Source: Promethearchaeati archaeon (lineage in GTDB: Archaea; Asgardarchaeota; Heimdallarchaeia; Heimdallarchaeales; Heimdallarchaeaceae). Taken from it: a stretch of 64,000 nt of DNA. Position numbers and translations under genes: made by a program. Below, in pieces: positions 59,106 to 64,000 of this stretch (the stretch's first letter is position 1; each line of letters begins with the position of its first letter). The notes beneath the pieces are model-generated. The model worked only from the letters and a program-made list of their open reading frames with translations. It was not told where the DNA came from and ran no database searches. The stretch lies in NCBI GenBank assembly GCA_013166775.1, contig JABLTJ010000007.1, positions 156,551 to 220,550 on the forward strand, read 5' to 3'.

Positions 59106-60473
59106 ATGTCTATCGTAATACCTGCGAATAAACAGACTTTTCGGAATTATATGCAGTTTTTCGTTGGGCAATTAATTTCAATGCTAGGATCTAATATCCT
59201 GAGTTTTGTCATGATTTGGTGGGTTACAGTAAATTATGAAAATCCAATCTATCTTTCTCTAATATACTTCTTTGCTGTGGGAACAAGAGTAATAGTTAAT
59301 CCCATAGGCGGAGTTTTTGCAGATAGATGGAACAGGAAGAAAATAATAATTATTGCAGATTCTTTCATAGTACTCTGTTCATTGTGCTTTTTCGTTATTA
59401 TGACTTTTCAGAGTTCAATGGGAGAGATGACCACATTATGGTTGATAATAGCGGTAGTCTTCGTTTCAGCAATTGTAGGAGCTTTTCAAGGGCCAGCAGT
59501 TTTTTCAATCATTCCATTAATGATACCAAAAGAAAAATTGAGCAGAGTAAATGGTTTGAGATTTGTTTTATTTGGAGCAATTACAATAGCAGGACCAGCT
59601 GTTGGAGCAATTCTTTACGATCTCTGGCCAATTAACTATATAATTTTAATAGATGTTCTAACTTGGGCAATAGCTCTAACTCCTTTGATTCTGTTGAAAA
59701 TACCTCCCACACCTAGAGAGGAAAAGGAAAAACCAGAGGAAAAGAAACCTTCTTTTCTCACAGAATTTAGAGAGGGATTAAGTTATATTAGAAGATTAAA
59801 GGGGCTTCTTGCGCTTGCTCTGATTGCAACATTCATTAATGGATTTGAACAACCTCTTTTTACTTTAAGACCAGCATTTGTCAAGTATCTTCATGGTGGT
59901 TCAGCTACGGATTTAGCAATTGTTGTTGCTGCTGGTCAAATTGCTATGTTCAGTTCTGGAGTATTTCTAACCATTAAAAAAGAATGGAAAAAACATACGC
60001 TAATATTAATGATAGCTCTGTATGTTCAAATTGCAGGAATTCTCTTACAGAGTTTTGCTCCTATAGGCAAGATATGGTTTATTGCCATGGGAGCGGCTGT
60101 TACGAGTTTGACATTTCCATTTACGAATATAATGATACAGACAATTTTCCAGATTGTGATACCTCCGGATAAACAAGGTCGTGTTGGATCAATAGTTGGT
60201 TCGATAGCATCAGCTGTAACACCAATAGCTATGCTTGTCTCTGGTCCAATAGCGAATGCTATAGGATATGTACCTCTATTTGCAGGTTCTATAAGTATTG
60301 GGGGAGTAATAATAACAGCTATATGGATATTCTCAGATCTAGGACATTTAGATAAAAGAGTAGAAGAGATCAAACAGAAAGAGAAAGAAGCTAAAGAATT
60401 AGAAGAAAGGATTGCACCAATTAAGGCTGAAATTGAAGAAATTCCAACTGCAGTTTTTACGAGTGAAGATTAG
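59106..60473 (+). CDS. MFS transporter (MefA/DHA3-like)
   Basis: GQLISMLGS, GGVFADRWNRKK, QGRV; 12 TM. Confidence 0.9.
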   Translation: MSIVIPANKQTFRNYMQFFVGQLISMLGSNILSFVMIWWVTVNYENPIYLSLIYFFAVGTRVIVNPIGGVFADRWNRKKIIIIADSFIVLCSLCFFVIMTFQSSMGEMTTLWLIIAVVFVSAIVGAFQGPAVFSIIPLMIPKEKLSRVNGLRFVLFGAITIAGPAVGAILYDLWPINYIILIDVLTWAIALTPLILLKIPPTPREEKEKPEEKKPSFLTEFREGLSYIRRLKGLLALALIATFINGFEQPLFTLRPAFVKYLHGGSATDLAIVVAAGQIAMFSSGVFLTIKKEWKKHTLILMIALYVQIAGILLQSFAPIGKIWFIAMGAAVTSLTFPFTNIMIQTIFQIVIPPDKQGRVGSIVGSIASAVTPIAMLVSGPIANAIGYVPLFAGSISIGGVIITAIWIFSDLGHLDKRVEEIKQKEKEAKELEERIAPIKAEIEEIPTAVFTSED

Positions 60474-60525
60474 AAATAATGGAGCTAGATACATATCTAT
60501 ATTCAGCTTCAGGAAGGTGAATTAA

Positions 60526-60831
60526 AGTAAAAAACTGACAGAATTCTTAGAAATTGAGAGGTATCTTGATCAAAAACCAGAATATCTAAGTGGAGGAGAA
60601 CAACAAAGAGTAGCTATTGCGGTAGCACTAGCTAATAATCCCCACCTAGTTCTAGCAGATGAACCCACAGGAAATATAGATGTAGAAACATCCCAAATTG
60701 TTTATGAACACTTAACAAGGATGTGTCAAGTTTATGGTACAACATTAATAATTGCATCACATGATCCAGATGCATCCAAATACGCAGATAGAGAAATATT
60801 ATTAACAAAACTTCAGTCAAAAGATCTTTAA
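60526..60831 (+). pseudogene. C-terminal half of a LolD/MacB-type ABC ATPase
   Basis: Start-less frame: PEYLSGGEQQRVAIAVALANNPHLVLADEPTGNID...IASHD; Walker A half absent; in-frame TAA at 60523. Confidence 0.85.
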
Positions 60832-60935
60832 TGAAGGGTATTTGTGATAAAACTAAGATGAGTATAGCACAACAAACAGAGAACTAAAATTAATATTATA
60901 GAAATCTCCAAACAAGACTCTCGAGTGAGGAATAA

Positions 60936-61607
60936 CTAATCTTTATTCCTAATCTTATCAAGAATTTTCTTTACTTCGTTAGAAGAAACATCATACCAAT
61001 CTTTATACGCATCTGCTACAGCAAAAGGATATTTCGTTCTAACATTCAAACAGATAATTTTATCAGCTAAACTCTCAATTCGTTTAAGAGAGTCCAATGG
61101 TGCGGTAGGAACGGCAATTATTATCTTCTCAGCTCCCATTTCTTTTAACCAAGTAGCTCCAGCAATCATTGAAAATCCTGAAGCAATTCCATCATCAATA
61201 ATCAAAGCTATTTTATCACTGACATTATAATCAGAAAGCTCATAGTAATGCTTCCTTTCTTCAATAGCAATCATTGCATCACTAACTTTTCTTTCAACGT
61301 TTTTTTCACCAATGCTATAAGAATTGATTAGTTCTTGGTTGAAAAAGACATTTCCATCTGGAGTGACAGCACCCATCCCTGCTTCTTGAGTCCAAGGAAC
61401 ATGAACTTTTCGGATAAGAAGAAGATTGAATTCTTTAGGTTGATAATGGTAATAGAGTGGTTCAGATATAGGAATACCTCCATTGGGAATTGCTAACATA
61501 ATATCAATAATTTCTTTCTCAAGGAAACAAACTAGCTGATTTCCAGCTTCTTCTCGTGATTCAAACAAATGATATTTGTTCCTATATGCTTCATTTTCAA
61601 TAATCAC
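60936..61607 (-). CDS. Phosphoribosyltransferase family protein
   Basis: FESREEAG, AIPNGG, IIDDGIASG, AVPTAP. Likely GTG start at 61607. Confidence 0.88.
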   Translation of the reverse strand: MIIENEAYRNKYHLFESREEAGNQLVCFLEKEIIDIMLAIPNGGIPISEPLYYHYQPKEFNLLLIRKVHVPWTQEAGMGAVTPDGNVFFNQELINSYSIGEKNVERKVSDAMIAIEERKHYYELSDYNVSDKIALIIDDGIASGFSMIAGATWLKEMGAEKIIIAVPTAPLDSLKRIESLADKIICLNVRTKYPFAVADAYKDWYDVSSNEVKKILDKIRNKD

Positions 61608-61874
61608 AAGATAACAATCGTATATGAGTAAATTAATTTTGTTAAGATTGAATAACAATCTGCTGTTGCAGGAATTGATGAAAAATCTCCGCATAATAAC
61701 TATTGCTTAAAAAGTAGAAATCAAAAAAATACAGATTTTTTTGGTGTTAAACCAAATAAGTATACTTTTTTTACCAAATAATTTATTAATAAGAATTCTA
61801 TAATATTTTAATTTAAAAATGGAGGTATTAGAAATTAGACAAAACAAAATATTCTAGTTTCGTTTTTATTTATA

Positions 61875-62663
61875 TTGATTTTTGTTTTATCAATAAATTA
61901 TCAAATCAGATTAAAAGCTGTAACAATTGATGATTTTAGCTATTCTAATAAACTGACAATAGGTACTGAGTTATCTTGGAAATTAACGACATTCTCTGTT
62001 GAACCAGAGGAATCCAAAGAAGAATATAGATTTGTTATAAAAGAAGGACAGAATATGATAGAAGGAGATATTTTCAAAGTTAAAATCTTACAAAATTTAA
62101 ATAATCTGAATCTGGATAATAGCAGGTCTCTATATAGTACTGATTTGCAATGGGGAGAATTTTTTCTGAATAGTGCTTCTTTAGGGAAAAATCCATCAGA
62201 AATAAATTGGTATGGTCCAGCAATAGAGATAGGAATGATTATTAATGTACCAATAATTCCTACAACACTTCAACTTTCAACAGGTGAGAAGAATTACTTT
62301 GATTATCTAGAAGAATACTTTGAAGCTTTATCTGAAGAAGAATCAGAAGGATTTTCAGTAAAAAATGCTGCAAATTCGTTTTCAATGAAACTTAAAATGA
62401 AAGGTGATTTTAGTATTTTTGCTAATGTTCAATTTGAGTCAGAGTTAGAAACCACCTATAATAAAGAATGGGGAGTTCTTTCAAGATATGAATTGAATGA
62501 GAAAATAACTAAAGCTGAAGAAACGATACAAGCAAAAATTGTTTATGAGATTGAAAACAGTGAAATACAGGTTCCTTATAGTTGGATATATAGTTTTGTA
62601 GCTATTTTTATAGCTGGAATAGCTGTTTTAAGTAAGAGGAAGAAAGTATCAAATCTAAAATAA
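61875..62663 (+). CDS. Secreted, C-terminally anchored surface protein (paralog 1)
   Basis: EGDIFKV, QWGEFFLN, YNKEWGVL, VPYSW+TM+KRKK; start codon uncertain. Confidence 0.75.
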   Translation: MIFVLSINYQIRLKAVTIDDFSYSNKLTIGTELSWKLTTFSVEPEESKEEYRFVIKEGQNMIEGDIFKVKILQNLNNLNLDNSRSLYSTDLQWGEFFLNSASLGKNPSEINWYGPAIEIGMIINVPIIPTTLQLSTGEKNYFDYLEEYFEALSEEESEGFSVKNAANSFSMKLKMKGDFSIFANVQFESELETTYNKEWGVLSRYELNEKITKAEETIQAKIVYEIENSEIQVPYSWIYSFVAIFIAGIAVLSKRKKVSNLK

Positions 62664-62799
62664 TGCATATTTTCTATTTCTTTCATTTTTTATTCTGAAT
62701 ATATTTCAATGATGAGTTCTTTTATATTCTATTCAATTTTTTTTGCAAAAAGATTATATATTAACTAAAAATTAAAACAATATTTAGCTTCCAGCGGAA

Positions 62800-63615
62800 G
62801 TGGTACCGATACGCAAGAAAAGTATAAAATTGTTATCTCTATTAATAATGATAAGTTTTTGCTCTATTATTAACGATCAGATTTTTGTTAGAGCGCAAAC
62901 AATAGAAAATTTCTCATTTTCGAACAATCTAAAAGGAGGTACTGAACTGGAATGGAAATTATCAAAATATGAAAAAACTATTCCAGGTTCAGAAGAAGGA
63001 CATGGATACAGAATAACTGAAACAAAATACATGTCTGAGGGGGATGTTTTCAAAGTAATACTAGAACAACACTTGAACAACTTTGAATTAGAATTCCTTA
63101 CTAGGTTATATAACACAAATACACAATGGGGTGAATTCTTCCTGAACGATGTATCTCTAGGAAAAAATCCAACTGATATCTTCTGGTTAGGGCTTGATAC
63201 AAATATAGGTGTATTGATAACAGCCCCGATAATTCCAATAATTGTCCAAGAAAGTACTAGTTACTTTGATTATATCGAAAATAACATCACTTATTCACCA
63301 GAAAACGAAATCGAAGGTATAACATTAAAGAATACTGAAAAATCGTTTTCAATGAAATACAGACATCTTTATTCATCATCGATGTCTACAGATGTTTCCA
63401 GTTACCTATTAGAGGTTCTATATAATAAAGAATGGGGAATTTTATCTAAATATTACTTACATGCAGAGACTACAATGAACGAAAAAACTTCAGAAATAAA
63501 AATTCTATATGAAATAGAAAACGAAGATATAAAAGTACCATACAATTGGACTTTTGGGTTTGTAGCTCTATTTGTTACAGGAATAGTTATTTTAATCAAG
63601 AGAAGGAAAAAATAA
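62800..63615 (+). CDS. Secreted, C-terminally anchored surface protein (paralog 2)
   Basis: Signal peptide, EGDVFKV, QWGEFFLN, YNKEWGIL, VPYNW+TM+KRRKK. Confidence 0.8.
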   Translation: MVPIRKKSIKLLSLLIMISFCSIINDQIFVRAQTIENFSFSNNLKGGTELEWKLSKYEKTIPGSEEGHGYRITETKYMSEGDVFKVILEQHLNNFELEFLTRLYNTNTQWGEFFLNDVSLGKNPTDIFWLGLDTNIGVLITAPIIPIIVQESTSYFDYIENNITYSPENEIEGITLKNTEKSFSMKYRHLYSSSMSTDVSSYLLEVLYNKEWGILSKYYLHAETTMNEKTSEIKILYEIENEDIKVPYNWTFGFVALFVTGIVILIKRRKK

Positions 63616-63892
63616 AATCTAGAAAAAAAACCTGTTTCTTTCTTTTTCTAATGTACTTTATAATAAGAAAACATGAAAGTTTTAATCTAGGGAAAGAAAA
63701 TATGTCTTGAACAATAGTTTAAAACTCAAAGAATTTCCTTTTGAGATGTTCAGGATATTCATCAGAATAGCTTCTATAACAAATTATTAGAATTTATATA
63801 ATGTTTAAAATCGTCAGATTACGTTTAAGTTTAACAAATATTTAAATAAAGGAATGAGATATTTTTCTAGTTAAACTTGAGGAAGGTTTGTT

Positions 63893-64000
63893 ATGAAAAT
63901 TAATTCATTTGTTGATTGTAAGAAAATCATTGAAGTTAGTTTAAAAGAATTCAATATGTCTATTACAATTCTCATTTCAAAAATTGAGGGATTAGAAAAA
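63893..64000 (+). CDS. Hypothetical protein, 5' fragment running off the window
   Basis: ATG after GAGGAAGG; open to the window end (MKINSFVDCKKIIEVSLKEF...). Confidence 0.4.
   Translation, partial: MKINSFVDCKKIIEVSLKEFNMSITILISKIEGLEK

Noticed and set aside
60632-60820. 62-aa minus-strand ORF
   Set aside because: It is the antisense of the ABC ATPase remnant on the plus strand.
63616-63892. AT-rich intergenic stretch as a replication origin or ncRNA
   Set aside because: No ORB-like repeats, adjacent cdc6/orc1 or GC-rich stems visible.

Overview
AT-rich, gene-dense archaeal DNA. Three Rab-like small GTPases, membrane-anchored RING-finger proteins, a TPR-longin-like fusion, many zinc-ribbon proteins and C-terminally anchored surface proteins point to an Asgard archaeon, probably Heimdallarchaeia (inference). 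Core functions include ABC-2 export, a peroxiredoxin/nitroreductase cluster, a SERCA-like P2A ATPase, a K+-independent H+-PPase (hppA), glycogen genes, VKOR, threonine synthase and TrmO. No rRNA, tRNA, CRISPR array, integrase or transposase was recognised. The most striking structure is not in the ORF track. Six direct-orientation copies of the hppA stop-codon region (core AAATCTTAAAGAAAGAGTAATCTTACTCTCTTCTT, with a dyad) lie between about 19.7 and 26.85 kb. They divide this stretch into five self-contained accessory modules: lactate permease; Fpg/Nei; two membrane proteins; amidohydrolase+TetR; and an MNT-HEPN toxin-antitoxin pair. This looks like an integrase-less tandem gene-cassette array anchored at the 3' end of a protein-coding gene. 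Also found outside the ORF track: a 46-aa single-pass micropeptide right behind the SERCA-like ATPase, a stand-alone RING pseudogene and several other pseudogenes.
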